A stretch of 58,980 nucleotides of DNA, from positions 1 through 58,980 of the forward strand of contig JBEKJW010000008.1 of assembly GCA_050011035.1 (NCBI GenBank). Reading direction: 5' to 3'. Positions 1 through 8,988 of this stretch are shown in pieces; the stretch's first letter is position 1, and each line of letters begins with the position of its first letter. The position numbers and the translations under genes were made by a program. Origin of the DNA: Candidatus Acidiferrales bacterium. Its GTDB lineage: Bacteria > Acidobacteriota > Terriglobia > Acidiferrales > UBA7541. Below the pieces are notes generated by a model. It saw nothing but the letters and a program-made list of their open reading frames with translations. It was not told the origin of the DNA and did not search any database.

Positions 1-1850
1 TAGAAGCCGGTGAAATTGAAAAAGCCGAGCGTGCCGTTGTTGCCGGAGTAGTAGGTGTTGATACGCTGGCGGAAGTACTGGAAGCCAACCTTCACGGTGT
101 GTTTCCCGTGGGTAATGCTGAGGTTGTCTTCATACTGGAAAACAGTGTCGTGGAAGAGCTGAACCACGTTGTTTCCGCCGATGCCGGTGACCGTGCCGCC
201 GGTGACTTCGAATTGAAGCAGGCCGGGACCGGTAGAGTTGCCGTTGGGAATGCCGAGCGTCGTACCTAGATCGCCGAGTGACGCGGGCGTTATCGAATTG
301 TTGGTGTTGAGCGCGACGTAATTGGCGCCCGCGCGGAACTCGTTGGTCACGTTCGGCGAGATGAAGTGGACCCAGTTGATGACGCCGCTACGAATCGTGA
401 CGACGCCCGGATTCAGCGGGAGAATCGCGACCGAGTTGGTGTCCGGATTGTCCTGATGTTCTTCCGAATAGCGGAAGAAAATCCGGTCCGAGGGGCGAAT
501 GTTCCAATCGATCTTCCCGTCGCCCTGGTCCGCGTTCAGCGCGCTATTGGTAACCTGGGAAGCGTTGTTCTGAAGACCGGAACTGTTCGGCTGCGGGTAA
601 TACGACGAAGCAAAGAGATTTGCCATCACGGGGTCGATCGTGAAGCCCGCATTGGCAAGGTTGTTGAAGGGTACCGGTGTCGGGACTTTGTTCTGAGCCG
701 TGCCCGGAACATCCACCTGTCCGACGATTTGGTTTGGGGTAGTTGTGCTATAGCAGGTGCCAGCCGCGTTAAATGCGCCGCCCGCCTGACCGCAAATCGC
801 GCCGAAGTCTCCGCCGCGTTCCGCCGTAGTGAAGACGTTCCACGGGCTCGTTGTGCTGGGGTGGTCGAATCGCTGGCCTTCGTAGTCGCCGAAGAAGAAG
901 AGCTTGTCCTTCTTGATCGGGCCGCCGAGAGTGCCGCCGAACTGGTTCCAGCGGAGTGCCGGCTTTGCGAGTACGGGGTCGCCAGGAAGGTTAGGCTGCG
1001 TTGTCATGCCGTTGGCCCAGGTGTTTGCGTTCAGCGCATCGTTGCGGAAGAACTCGAAGATGTCACCGTGGAACTGGTTGGTGCCGGATTTGATCGAGGC
1101 GCTAATGATACCGCCTTCGAAGTTGCCGAACTCGGCCGACGCGTTCTGCGTGATCATGTTGAATTCTTCGATCGCGTCCGGGCTCGGGGTGTATCCGACG
1201 AGGTTGTCTGAAACCTGGTTGTTGTCCATGCCGTCGAGCAGGAAGTTGTTGGATTGCTCGCGGTTGCCGTTGATGTAGGGACGACCGGCGCTATCAATGC
1301 GCTGCGCGGTGTTGAGAGTGGAAGGATCCGGGTGAACGCTGCCTGGCGCGAGAAGAGTGAGCTGAATGTAATTACGGCTGGCCAACGGCAGGTTAACGAT
1401 GGTATTGGAGTCGATCAGGGTGCTCAGCTGCGTGGTATCGGTCTGCAGGATCGGGGCCTCGGAGGTCACTTCCACCGTCTGCGAAACCTGTCCGACTTGC
1501 ATCGCAACGTCAATGCGAGCGGTCTGGTTGAGCACGAGCGTGAAGGGCGAGTGAAGAGCGGTCTGGAAACCCTTGGCTTCGACTTTCAGCGTATAGGTTC
1601 CGATGGGAATGTGCAGCAGGTTGTAGAAACCCGCCTCGTTGGTCTGATCCGTGTATACGGTGCCGCGCGCGGTATCGGTCGCGGTGACTGTCGCGCCGAC
1701 GACGGCGGCGCCCGAGGGGTCCGTCACGATTCCGTTGACGACCGCCGAGACTTCCTGGCTCATGGCTGGCGGTGCAATCGCAAGAACCGTCGCGATCCCC
1801 AAGAACGAAAGCAAAATCGCGAGGGTCGTTAAACGACACTGAATTTTCAC
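1..1850 (-). CDS. TonB-dependent outer-membrane receptor with N-terminal carboxypeptidase-regulatory-like domain (C-terminal part lies beyond the window edge)
   Basis: Not in the ORF track because it runs off the left edge. My minus-strand translation from GTG at 1850 (GGAGG 5 nt upstream) gives VKIQCRLTTLAILLSFLGIATVLAIAPPAMSQEVSAVVNGIVTDPSGAAVVGATVTATDTARGTVYTDQTNEAGFYNLLHIPIGTYTLKVEAKGFQ...VEVTSEAPILQTDTTQLS...NGNREQSNNFLLDGMDNN. This is a signal peptide, a CarboxypepD_reg fold and a plug-like region typical of Acidobacterial TBDRs. The frame stays open to position 1. Confidence 0.85.
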   Translation of the reverse strand, partial: MKIQCRLTTLAILLSFLGIATVLAIAPPAMSQEVSAVVNGIVTDPSGAAVVGATVTATDTARGTVYTDQTNEAGFYNLLHIPIGTYTLKVEAKGFQTALHSPFTLVLNQTARIDVAMQVGQVSQTVEVTSEAPILQTDTTQLSTLIDSNTIVNLPLASRNYIQLTLLAPGSVHPDPSTLNTAQRIDSAGRPYINGNREQSNNFLLDGMDNNQVSDNLVGYTPSPDAIEEFNMITQNASAEFGNFEGGIISASIKSGTNQFHGDIFEFFRNDALNANTWANGMTTQPNLPGDPVLAKPALRWNQFGGTLGGPIKKDKLFFFGDYEGQRFDHPSTTSPWNVFTTAERGGDFGAICGQAGGAFNAAGTCYSTTTPNQIVGQVDVPGTAQNKVPTPVPFNNLANAGFTIDPVMANLFASSYYPQPNSSGLQNNASQVTNSALNADQGDGKIDWNIRPSDRIFFRYSEEHQDNPDTNSVAILPLNPGVVTIRSGVINWVHFISPNVTNEFRAGANYVALNTNNSITPASLGDLGTTLGIPNGNSTGPGLLQFEVTGGTVTGIGGNNVVQLFHDTVFQYEDNLSITHGKHTVKVGFQYFRQRINTYYSGNNGTLGFFNFTGF

Positions 1851-1927
1851 AAATGCCTCCTGGAAATAGCCGACGAGCGCCCGAGAAAACACGCGCACGC
1901 CGCCACACCACCCGTTTCTGCAGAAGA

Positions 1928-1937
1928 GCTATATAGC
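1928..1937. promoter_or_regulatory. Perfect 10-bp palindrome GCTATATAGC (box 1) in the divergent TBDR/GntR promoter region; candidate operator
   Basis: Read directly. It is related by one mismatch each to boxes at 2019-2028 and 2039-2048. Confidence 0.35.
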
Positions 1938-2016
1938 TGAGAATACCGCTTGTCAAGGAAATAATGCCAATGTATAACGAATCGGGCTGATTGATGAATT
2001 GAATGCACGCCAAAAC

Positions 2017-2050
2017 CCGCTCTATAGCAGTATCTTGTGCTATAGAGCGG
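2017..2050. promoter_or_regulatory. Perfect 13-bp inverted repeat CCGCTCTATAGCA-N8-TGCTATAGAGCGG (contains boxes 2 and 3); candidate operator of the adjacent GntR regulator
   Basis: Read directly. It lies 94 nt upstream of the GntR start and 167 nt upstream of the TBDR start. No T-tract follows, so it is not a terminator. Confidence 0.4.
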
Positions 2051-2143
2051 TTCAATGCCGTTCATTAAACTCTTGATGAGGCGTGGTTTGAACAATATTC
2101 ACATCCCGCGCGTACTCTACACTTCCCATACCGGGGAGCGTTC

Positions 2144-2866
2144 ATGACCGAAACCCGTCGAGCCAGCCAACCCGCGTACAAGCGGATTCAACTCGCGATC
2201 CGCAAGCGAATTGAGTCGGGGTATCTGAAGCCCGGCGACGTGGTCGATTCGGAGCGCGAGCTCGCGAAGACGCACAAAGTGAGTTTGATGACGGCGCGAC
2301 ACGCGCTCGCGGATCTTGCGCGCGAAGGAATGGTGGAGCGCCGACACGGGTCGGGCACATTCGTTGCGCCGCCAAAGATTCATTTCAACAAGCTGATGAG
2401 CTACACCGAGCAGATGACGAGCCGCGGACTCAGCGGCGGATCGCGCGTGGTTTCTTCTGGTGTGCTAGATAACGAACCGGAAATTTCTGCCCGGCTTTCG
2501 TTGCCCGCGACCACGCATCTTGCGGTGCTCGAACGCGTGCGCAACGCGGCGGATGAGCCGTTCGCGCTCGAAACTTCGTATCTTTCCGCGGACGAATTTC
2601 CCAACGTGCTGACGGCGGTTCAGGAGCGCGGCTCGCTGTTCGCAACTCTCGAGCAGACCTACGGCATCGAGCTCGCGTACGCGGATGAAGAAATCGACTC
2701 GACCGCGGCGGAGGTTCGCACGGCGGAACTGCTCAGTGTTTCGCGCGGCACGCCACTGCTTCGGATTCGCCAGGTGATCTACAGCACGAAGGGAAAGCCC
2801 ACCATTTACGTCGTCGGCCTATACCGATCGGGACGCCACACGCTCTTGATTCGCCGCTTCCGGTAG
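2144..2866 (+). CDS. GntR-family transcriptional regulator, HutC/NagR-like (winged HTH + UTRA effector domain)
   Basis: The N-terminus YKRIQLAIRKRIESGYLKPGDVVDSERELAKTHKVSLMTARHALADLAREGMVERRHGSGTFV is a classic GntR HTH. Length (240 aa) and the C-terminal half fit the HutC subfamily. Confidence 0.9.
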   Translation: MTETRRASQPAYKRIQLAIRKRIESGYLKPGDVVDSERELAKTHKVSLMTARHALADLAREGMVERRHGSGTFVAPPKIHFNKLMSYTEQMTSRGLSGGSRVVSSGVLDNEPEISARLSLPATTHLAVLERVRNAADEPFALETSYLSADEFPNVLTAVQERGSLFATLEQTYGIELAYADEEIDSTAAEVRTAELLSVSRGTPLLRIRQVIYSTKGKPTIYVVGLYRSGRHTLLIRRFR

Positions 2867-2882
2867 TTCACAAATCCCAATT

Positions 2883-3854
2883 TTATTTTTGCGCGACCCA
2901 CAACGCTGCGGCGCCAACGAGCGCGGACTGCGAACGGAAGTGCGCGTTGACGATTTTTACGCGCTTGCGATTCGGATTGATCGCCCAGGTCTTGAGCTTG
3001 TCGCGCATGCGCGGCGCGTAGCGCATCATCACGCGGCCAAAGCCGCCGCCGATCACGATCACTTCCGGCTCGAGCAGGTCGATGATGCCACCGAGCCAGA
3101 TCGCGAGCCGGTCGGCTGAAGACTGCAGGATTTCCTGCGCGAGTGGATCGCCATCGTCGGCTGCGCGTGTGACGATTTCGGCGGTGAGTTTATCGACGGC
3201 GCCGCCCGCGGAGGCAAGCATCCGTGCGCCAGCAACGGGATTTTCCGAAGCGCGCTCACGGGCCTGGCGACCCACGGCCGTTCCCGACGCATACACCTCG
3301 ACGCAGCCCCGTTTGCCGCAGCCACACAGCGGACCCGCGACGTCGATCGTCATGTGTCCACCTTCACCCGCTGCGCCTGTTGTGCCTGCGAAAAGTTTTC
3401 CGTTCAGCACCATGCCGACACCTATCCCGGTGCCGAGGGTAACGTAAAACATGTGCTTGTATCCGGCTCCTGCGCCCCACGTGGATTCGGCGAGCGCCGC
3501 GGCGTTGGCGTCATTTGCGAGGAGCGCGGGAAGTCGGTAGTGATTGCCGACTTTTCGCGCGAGCGGATATTGTTTCCAGCACGGGAGGTTTGTCGCGTCG
3601 ACGACAAGGCCGCGATTCGAATCGACCCAGCCCGGGACGGCGATGCCGATTGCTTTCGCGTGGCGCGCGCGAGGATCGCGGCGAAGCGCATCGATGGCAG
3701 CGCAAACGGATTTGAGAGCATCTTTATCGGAGCCGCGTGCGGACATCGGCACGCGTTCGCTGATGAGAACTTCACCCGACGGAGTGACGAGGCCGGCTTC
3801 CACTTTCGTGCCGCCGATGTCGACGCCGAGGATGAGGTTCTGTTTCTTTGGCAT
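2883..3854 (-). CDS. ROK-family sugar kinase (glucokinase / N-acetylglucosamine kinase-like)
   Basis: LGVDIGGTKV ATP-binding N-terminus, the ROK Cys motif GPLCGCGKRGCVEVYASG, 323 aa. Confidence 0.9.
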   Translation of the reverse strand: MPKKQNLILGVDIGGTKVEAGLVTPSGEVLISERVPMSARGSDKDALKSVCAAIDALRRDPRARHAKAIGIAVPGWVDSNRGLVVDATNLPCWKQYPLARKVGNHYRLPALLANDANAAALAESTWGAGAGYKHMFYVTLGTGIGVGMVLNGKLFAGTTGAAGEGGHMTIDVAGPLCGCGKRGCVEVYASGTAVGRQARERASENPVAGARMLASAGGAVDKLTAEIVTRAADDGDPLAQEILQSSADRLAIWLGGIIDLLEPEVIVIGGGFGRVMMRYAPRMRDKLKTWAINPNRKRVKIVNAHFRSQSALVGAAALWVAQK

Positions 3855-3896
3855 GAGTTAATTTCGCGCTGGCGACCACGCTTACCGCGGCTCGCG

Positions 3897-5789
3897 CTAT
3901 TCGGAAACGAATTCCATCGGCCGGCTCAATTCCTTCGCGAGGAACCACGCGCACAACGCGGAGATAATTACGAGCACAGTACCAATTCCATAGTGGAGCA
4001 GGAGTATTTTGCCGACGCCAAACAGCGCGCAGTAAACCATGACGCAGCCGAGGATCCAGCACCACAGGTTGCGCCCAAGATCGTGCGTTGGCGTAATTTC
4101 GGGTGTAGTCGCGGCGACGGGCTTCCAGCCCGTCACGTCCGGGCGTACTTTGCGATAGAACGAGGCGAGAACGCCGTCGGGCTCCGGTCGGGTTAGCACC
4201 GTAACGATCACCCAGACCAGCGTGGTCAGCAGCGTAGTGCAAAGCGTGTTCTTTGCGAATTGCACCGTGGCCGATCCGGTGAAAAGATTTGGCCGGCCGA
4301 GGAGTGAAGTCCAAAGCGAATCGAGATTCAGCGCAATCGTGAGCACGAGCGCTGTCAGCATCGCGGAGATTTCGCTCCAGGCATTGATGCGCCACCAATA
4401 CCAGCGAAGGATGTAAACCGTGCCTGTCCCGGCACCGATCTGCAGCACAACTTGCCAGCCTGAACGGATCGAAGCGAGCTGCGCGGAGACGTAGCCGGTG
4501 GCGATGACCAGTAGAATGGTTACGAGCTGCGAGACGCGGACGTAATGCTTCTCGGTGGAATTGCGCACCAAGAAGCGGCGGTAGAAATCTTCAACGAGAT
4601 ACGAAGTGCCCCAGTTGAGCTGCGTAGCGATGGTGCTCATGAACGCAGCGAGAAATCCGGCGAGGATGATGCCGCGCCACATGTGCGGCACGTGGTCGTT
4701 GACGATCATCATGTAGCTAGTTTCGGGATGAGCGAGGCCAGGATACAGAACGATAGCGGCGAGAGCGGTGAGAACCCAGGGCCACGGGCGCAGCGCGTAA
4801 TGCGCGATGTTAAACCAAAGAACGGAGAAGAGGCCGTTGCGCTCATCACGCGCGCTGAAGATGCGCTGCGCGATGTAGCCGCCCCCACCGGGTTCCGCGC
4901 CGGGATACCAGAACGCCCACCATTGCACGCCGAGATAGACACAAAACGTGATGACCGGCAGCGTCCAGAGCGTTTCGGAGGTAAAGCCGCGCGAAAAATC
5001 CGGCAGGAACGCCATCGGGTCGGAGCCGCCATTGTTAGCGCGCATCCCGTCGATGGTCGAGATCATCGTGCTCATCCCGCCCGCGGCTTTCACTGCGTAG
5101 TAAGCGATGCCGATGACGATTCCCATTTTCAGGACGAACTGGAAAAGATCGGTCCAAAGAACGCCGGAGAGTCCGCCTAGGGAAACGTAGAGGCCGGTGA
5201 ACGGAATCAAAAAGAAAATACAAACGACGAGCGCCTGGCCATCGGCTCCGATGAACGTCGATCCGAAAACGTGGCTGAGCGCGTTCGTGAAAGTGACGAG
5301 GAGCGGCCAGCCCGCCATCGTGGGACCCAGCGTGGTAGACACGATATTGATCATCGCCTTGGTGACCCAGCCGAGAATAAGGCAATTCATCAGAAGGCCG
5401 AGGTAGATTGCGCGGAAGCCACGCAGAAATGCGGCGGGCTTGCCGGAGTAGCGAATTTCGGCAAACTGCACGTCGGTCATCAGGCCCGAGCGTCGCCAGA
5501 GTCGCGCAAAGAGAAAGACCGTCATCATTCCCGACGGAAGAAAGGCCCACCAAATCCAGTTCCCTGCCACACCTTGCGTATAGACCAGACCCGCGACAAG
5601 CAGAGGCGTATCGGCGGCGAACGTCGTAGCGACCATAGACGTGCCCGCAAGCCACCAGGAAACGCTGCGACCCGAAACGAAATAATCTTCTGCGCTTTGT
5701 CCGGCGCTGCGGCGGAAGTAAAGGCCGAGCAAAAGAGTAATTGCGAGGTAACCGAGAATGGCTGACCAATCGAGAAGCGTGAATGTCAT
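3897..5789 (-). CDS. Sodium:solute symporter (SSS) family transporter
   Basis: 630-aa polytopic membrane protein. N-terminal YFVSGRSVSWWLAGTSMVATTFAADTPL is an SSS signature region. Confidence 0.88.
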   Translation of the reverse strand: MTFTLLDWSAILGYLAITLLLGLYFRRSAGQSAEDYFVSGRSVSWWLAGTSMVATTFAADTPLLVAGLVYTQGVAGNWIWWAFLPSGMMTVFLFARLWRRSGLMTDVQFAEIRYSGKPAAFLRGFRAIYLGLLMNCLILGWVTKAMINIVSTTLGPTMAGWPLLVTFTNALSHVFGSTFIGADGQALVVCIFFLIPFTGLYVSLGGLSGVLWTDLFQFVLKMGIVIGIAYYAVKAAGGMSTMISTIDGMRANNGGSDPMAFLPDFSRGFTSETLWTLPVITFCVYLGVQWWAFWYPGAEPGGGGYIAQRIFSARDERNGLFSVLWFNIAHYALRPWPWVLTALAAIVLYPGLAHPETSYMMIVNDHVPHMWRGIILAGFLAAFMSTIATQLNWGTSYLVEDFYRRFLVRNSTEKHYVRVSQLVTILLVIATGYVSAQLASIRSGWQVVLQIGAGTGTVYILRWYWWRINAWSEISAMLTALVLTIALNLDSLWTSLLGRPNLFTGSATVQFAKNTLCTTLLTTLVWVIVTVLTRPEPDGVLASFYRKVRPDVTGWKPVAATTPEITPTHDLGRNLWCWILGCVMVYCALFGVGKILLLHYGIGTVLVIISALCAWFLAKELSRPMEFVSE

Positions 5790-5971
5790 AGAGGGCCGGA
5801 TTTATGGCACATTTCGGCGCTCGGACGCAAATTGAAATGTCGCGCCGGCGCGCGCAACGCGGGAATTCTTGCATGGGATGAGGCGAAACCGTTTGTGAGC
5901 GAGCGAAACTTCGCGCTATTCTCCCGACTCGTCACGCGCGAACGAACCGCGCATCGACAGGGGACCACGAC

Positions 5972-8041
5972 ATGCGGAAGTTTTTCTTCGCACTTCTTTT
6001 GCTGACGATTTTCCCGGCAGCTTCGTTTGCACAAACGGCGCAAAGCACAACGACGCCGGGCGCAGCGCCATCGCTCAAGCTGATGCCGATGCCGTCGACG
6101 GTGCAGCCGGGAACGGGCGAACTGCCCATCACGTATACCTTCTCGATTCAGCTCAAGGGCTACACGGAGCCGCGACTGGAGCGAGCTTCGGCGCGATTCA
6201 TGCATGAACTTGCTGGCGTGACGGGACTCTCAATCGGCACTGCAACCGCGGACACAACGAAACCCATGCTAGTGGCAACGACCGATCACGCGAGTCTTCC
6301 GGTTCAAGATGTCGGCGAAGACGAAAGCTACACGCTTGACGTGACGCCGACGCAGGCGACTCTCCATGCCGCGAACCCACTCGGCACGATGCACGGATTG
6401 CAGACTTTTCTGCAGCTCGTGCAAGTAACGTCGACTGGATTTGCTGCCCCTGCGGTCCACATCGAAGACACGCCGCGCTTCCCCTGGCGCGGGTTTATGT
6501 TCGATTCGGGCCGGCACTTCACGCCGATGGATGTGCTGAAGCGCAACATCGATGGTATGGAAGCCGTGAAACTCAATGTGCTGCACTGGCACCTCTCGGA
6601 AAACCAGGGATTCCGCGTCGAGAGCAAAGCGTTTCCGAAGTTGACCGAGTTGGGATCAGATGGACTTTTCTACACACAAGCGGAGGTGAAAGAAATCATC
6701 GAGTACGCCCGCGATCGCGGCATCCGCGTGATGCCAGAGTTCGACATGCCGGGGCACGCGACGGCGTGGTTCGTGGGCTACCCGCAAATCGCGAGCGGCG
6801 CTGGCCCATACAAAATCGAACGCGAATGGGGCGTGTTCGATCCGGCGATGGATCCGACGAACGACGCGACATACAAATTTCTCGAAAAGCTGCTGGCGGA
6901 AATGACGGCACTGTTTCCCGATGCGTTTTTTCACATCGGCGGCGACGAAGTGAACGGCAAGGAGTGGGACGCGAACCCGAAAATTCAGGCGTTCATGAAA
7001 GCGCACGACCTGAAGAACGATCACGACCTGCAGCACTACTTCAATCAACACGTGGAGAAGATTCTAGAGAAACATCACAAGATCATGGTCGGTTGGGACG
7101 AAATCATCGCGCCGGGACTGCCGAAAGACAGCGTGGTGCAATCGTGGCGCGGACAGGATTCACTCGCGGAGGCGATCAAGCTCGGCTACCGCGGGCTGCT
7201 TTCCTACGGCTATTACATGGACATGATGTCGCCCGCGGAGAAGCACTATGCGGTGGATCCGATGGCGAAGGGTGCAGCGCTGCTGAGCGACGACGAGAAG
7301 AAGCGGATTCTGGGCGGCGAGGCGTGCATGTGGTCGGAATACGTGACCTCCGAAGATATCGATTCGCGCATCTGGCCGCGGACGGCGGTAATCGCCGAAC
7401 GGCTATGGTCGCCGCAATCGACGACGGATGTGGCGTCAATGTACGTGAGGCTCGATGCGGAGAGCCGGCGGCTTGAGGAGATCGGGCTGACGCACCGCGC
7501 GAGCGAGAACCGGATGTTGCGGCGCTTGGCGGGGCAGGAAGACATTTCAGCGCTGCGCGTGCTGGCGGACGTGGTCGAGCCGGTGAAGGAGTACGACCGC
7601 GAAAATCTACACGGGCCGGGCAGCCTTTCAACGCCGCTCAATCGCCTGATTGACGCTGTTCCGCCGGAGAGCGAGGGCGCGCGGCGGTTCTCGGCTCTGG
7701 TCGACCAGTTCATCGCCGGAAAACTTCAGGATCCTGCGCTTGAAAGGGAAATTCGCACGGAGCTGAAGCGGTGGAGCGAGAATCACACCGAATTGCAACC
7801 ACTGTTCCAGTCGTCGTTCATCGTGGCGGAGGTCGAGCCGGTGTCGCAGAATCTATCGACCTTGGGCGCCATGGGATTACAAGCGCTCGACTACGTCGAC
7901 AAAGGCCAACTCGCGCCAGAGAATTGGGTCGCCGCACAACTTGCCGCGATCAAGCAGACGGACGTGAAGAAAGCGGACTTGCTGCTGATGGTCGGACCGC
8001 CGGTGCAGAAGCTTGTGGAAGCGAGCGGAAACGCGAAGTAG
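5972..8041 (+). CDS. Secreted beta-N-acetylhexosaminidase, glycoside hydrolase family 20
   Basis: Signal peptide MRKFFFALLLLTIFPAASFAQ. GH20 motifs RGFMFDSGRHF, LHWHLSENQGFR and catalytic HIGGDEV. Confidence 0.9.
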   Translation: MRKFFFALLLLTIFPAASFAQTAQSTTTPGAAPSLKLMPMPSTVQPGTGELPITYTFSIQLKGYTEPRLERASARFMHELAGVTGLSIGTATADTTKPMLVATTDHASLPVQDVGEDESYTLDVTPTQATLHAANPLGTMHGLQTFLQLVQVTSTGFAAPAVHIEDTPRFPWRGFMFDSGRHFTPMDVLKRNIDGMEAVKLNVLHWHLSENQGFRVESKAFPKLTELGSDGLFYTQAEVKEIIEYARDRGIRVMPEFDMPGHATAWFVGYPQIASGAGPYKIEREWGVFDPAMDPTNDATYKFLEKLLAEMTALFPDAFFHIGGDEVNGKEWDANPKIQAFMKAHDLKNDHDLQHYFNQHVEKILEKHHKIMVGWDEIIAPGLPKDSVVQSWRGQDSLAEAIKLGYRGLLSYGYYMDMMSPAEKHYAVDPMAKGAALLSDDEKKRILGGEACMWSEYVTSEDIDSRIWPRTAVIAERLWSPQSTTDVASMYVRLDAESRRLEEIGLTHRASENRMLRRLAGQEDISALRVLADVVEPVKEYDRENLHGPGSLSTPLNRLIDAVPPESEGARRFSALVDQFIAGKLQDPALEREIRTELKRWSENHTELQPLFQSSFIVAEVEPVSQNLSTLGAMGLQALDYVDKGQLAPENWVAAQLAAIKQTDVKKADLLLMVGPPVQKLVEASGNAK

Positions 8042-8050
8042 CAGGAAAAA

Positions 8051-8125
8051 TGGTAGCGGTACCGGGAATCGAACCCGGGTTACCAGGTTGAGAACCTGAT
8101 GTCCTAACCCCTAGACGATACCGCC
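8051..8125 (-). tRNA. tRNA-Glu: tRNA-Glu (anticodon CUC)
   Basis: The minus strand reads GGCGGTA TC GTCT AGGGGTTA GGAC A TCAGG TTCTCAA CCTGG TAAC CCGGG TTCGATT CCCGG TACCGCT A CCA. This is a full 75-nt cloverleaf with a 7-bp acceptor, a TTCGATT T-loop, a 4-nt variable loop, anticodon CTC and an encoded CCA. Confidence 0.9.
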
Positions 8126-8194
8126 ACCGGTGCGCCGGGGAAAAAGCGCGTTGACGATTTTCGCACGAGTGAATTTAAGGCGCAAGGCGCGGCG

Positions 8195-8839
8195 TCACGC
8201 GGGCTTGCGCGCGAAGATGTAGGCGCGGCGGCTTTGATGCTCAACTTCGGGCGCGTATGGCTCACGTTCGATCGTGTCCTCGATGGAAAATCCCGCAGCC
8301 GCGAGCAGGCGCTCAATCGCTTTCGTATCAAAGAAATAGAAATTCATCGTGACGCGGCGGCCCCAAAGTTCGTCGACGAAGAGTGATTCTCCGCCAACGT
8401 GGAACGCGAGAAGAAGCAGACCGCCCCTCCGAAGCACTCGGTACATTTCACCGAACACCGCGGGCAGCGAGGTCTCCGGGATGTTGACGATGGCATAGAA
8501 CGCCGCGATACCCGCGAGAGAATCATTCGCAAACGGGAGCGCCAACATGTCGCCGGCTTGGAATTGAATCGCGGGATTCAGCGCGCGCGCGATTTCCGCC
8601 ATGCGCGGCGAAAGGTCGAGGCCGATCGCGTTTGCACCGGCGTCGCGAAGGTAGCGCGCGACTTGACCGGGGCCACAACCTGCATCGCATACTAAGCCGC
8701 CGCTCGTGTCGCGTGCGAAGCGGTCGAGAAGCTCGCGATCGAGCGGTTTGCGGGCCAGCTCGCCGTAGATCCGGCGCGCATATTCATCCGAAAGCCGGTC
8801 GTAGCTTTCGCGCACGCTGCGGATTTGTTGCTCATCCAT
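8195..8839 (-). CDS. Class I SAM-dependent methyltransferase
   Basis: Motif I VCDAGCGPGQVARYL, then GLDLSPRM and a post-I acidic loop. 214 aa. Confidence 0.85.
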   Translation of the reverse strand: MDEQQIRSVRESYDRLSDEYARRIYGELARKPLDRELLDRFARDTSGGLVCDAGCGPGQVARYLRDAGANAIGLDLSPRMAEIARALNPAIQFQAGDMLALPFANDSLAGIAAFYAIVNIPETSLPAVFGEMYRVLRRGGLLLLAFHVGGESLFVDELWGRRVTMNFYFFDTKAIERLLAAAGFSIEDTIEREPYAPEVEHQSRRAYIFARKPA

Positions 8840-8904
8840 CGCGATTGTTTCGCTCGCAACAGTTTCCTGGCACGCCTATTTTCCCATCGTGGGCAAAACG
8901 CCGC

Positions 8905-8946
8905 ACAAAAAGAAAAAGGGCGTCCCGCTTTCGCGAGACGCCCTTT
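8905..8946 (-). terminator. Rho-independent terminator downstream of the porin-like gene
   Basis: The minus-strand RNA is AAAGGGCGUC-U-CGC-GAAA-GCG-G-GACGCCCUUU followed by UUCUUUUUG. It has a 10-bp GC-rich stem plus a 3-bp inner stem and a U-tract. Confidence 0.75.
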
Positions 8947-8988
8947 CCTCCAAATCAACTGCTAGTCGTTCGAGGCAACAACCGCCAA

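Noticed and set aside
366-1832. Long + strand ORFs (366-1211, 904-1278, 1254-1832) in the first 1.9 kb
   Set aside because: They are Arg/Ala/Gly-rich and lie antisense to a clean minus-strand TBDR reading frame. That frame has a signal peptide, a CarboxypepD_reg domain and an RBS. They are typical high-GC shadow ORFs.
8042-8194. Considered a tRNA-Glu-linked genomic island, and a dedicated tRNA promoter (TTGCGC-17-GAAAAT on the minus strand, ~8150-8178)
   Set aside because: - There is no integrase, no direct repeat of the tRNA 3' end and no compositional shift on either side.
- The promoter match is weak (3/6 and 4/6).
- The tRNA may simply be co-transcribed with the methyltransferase.
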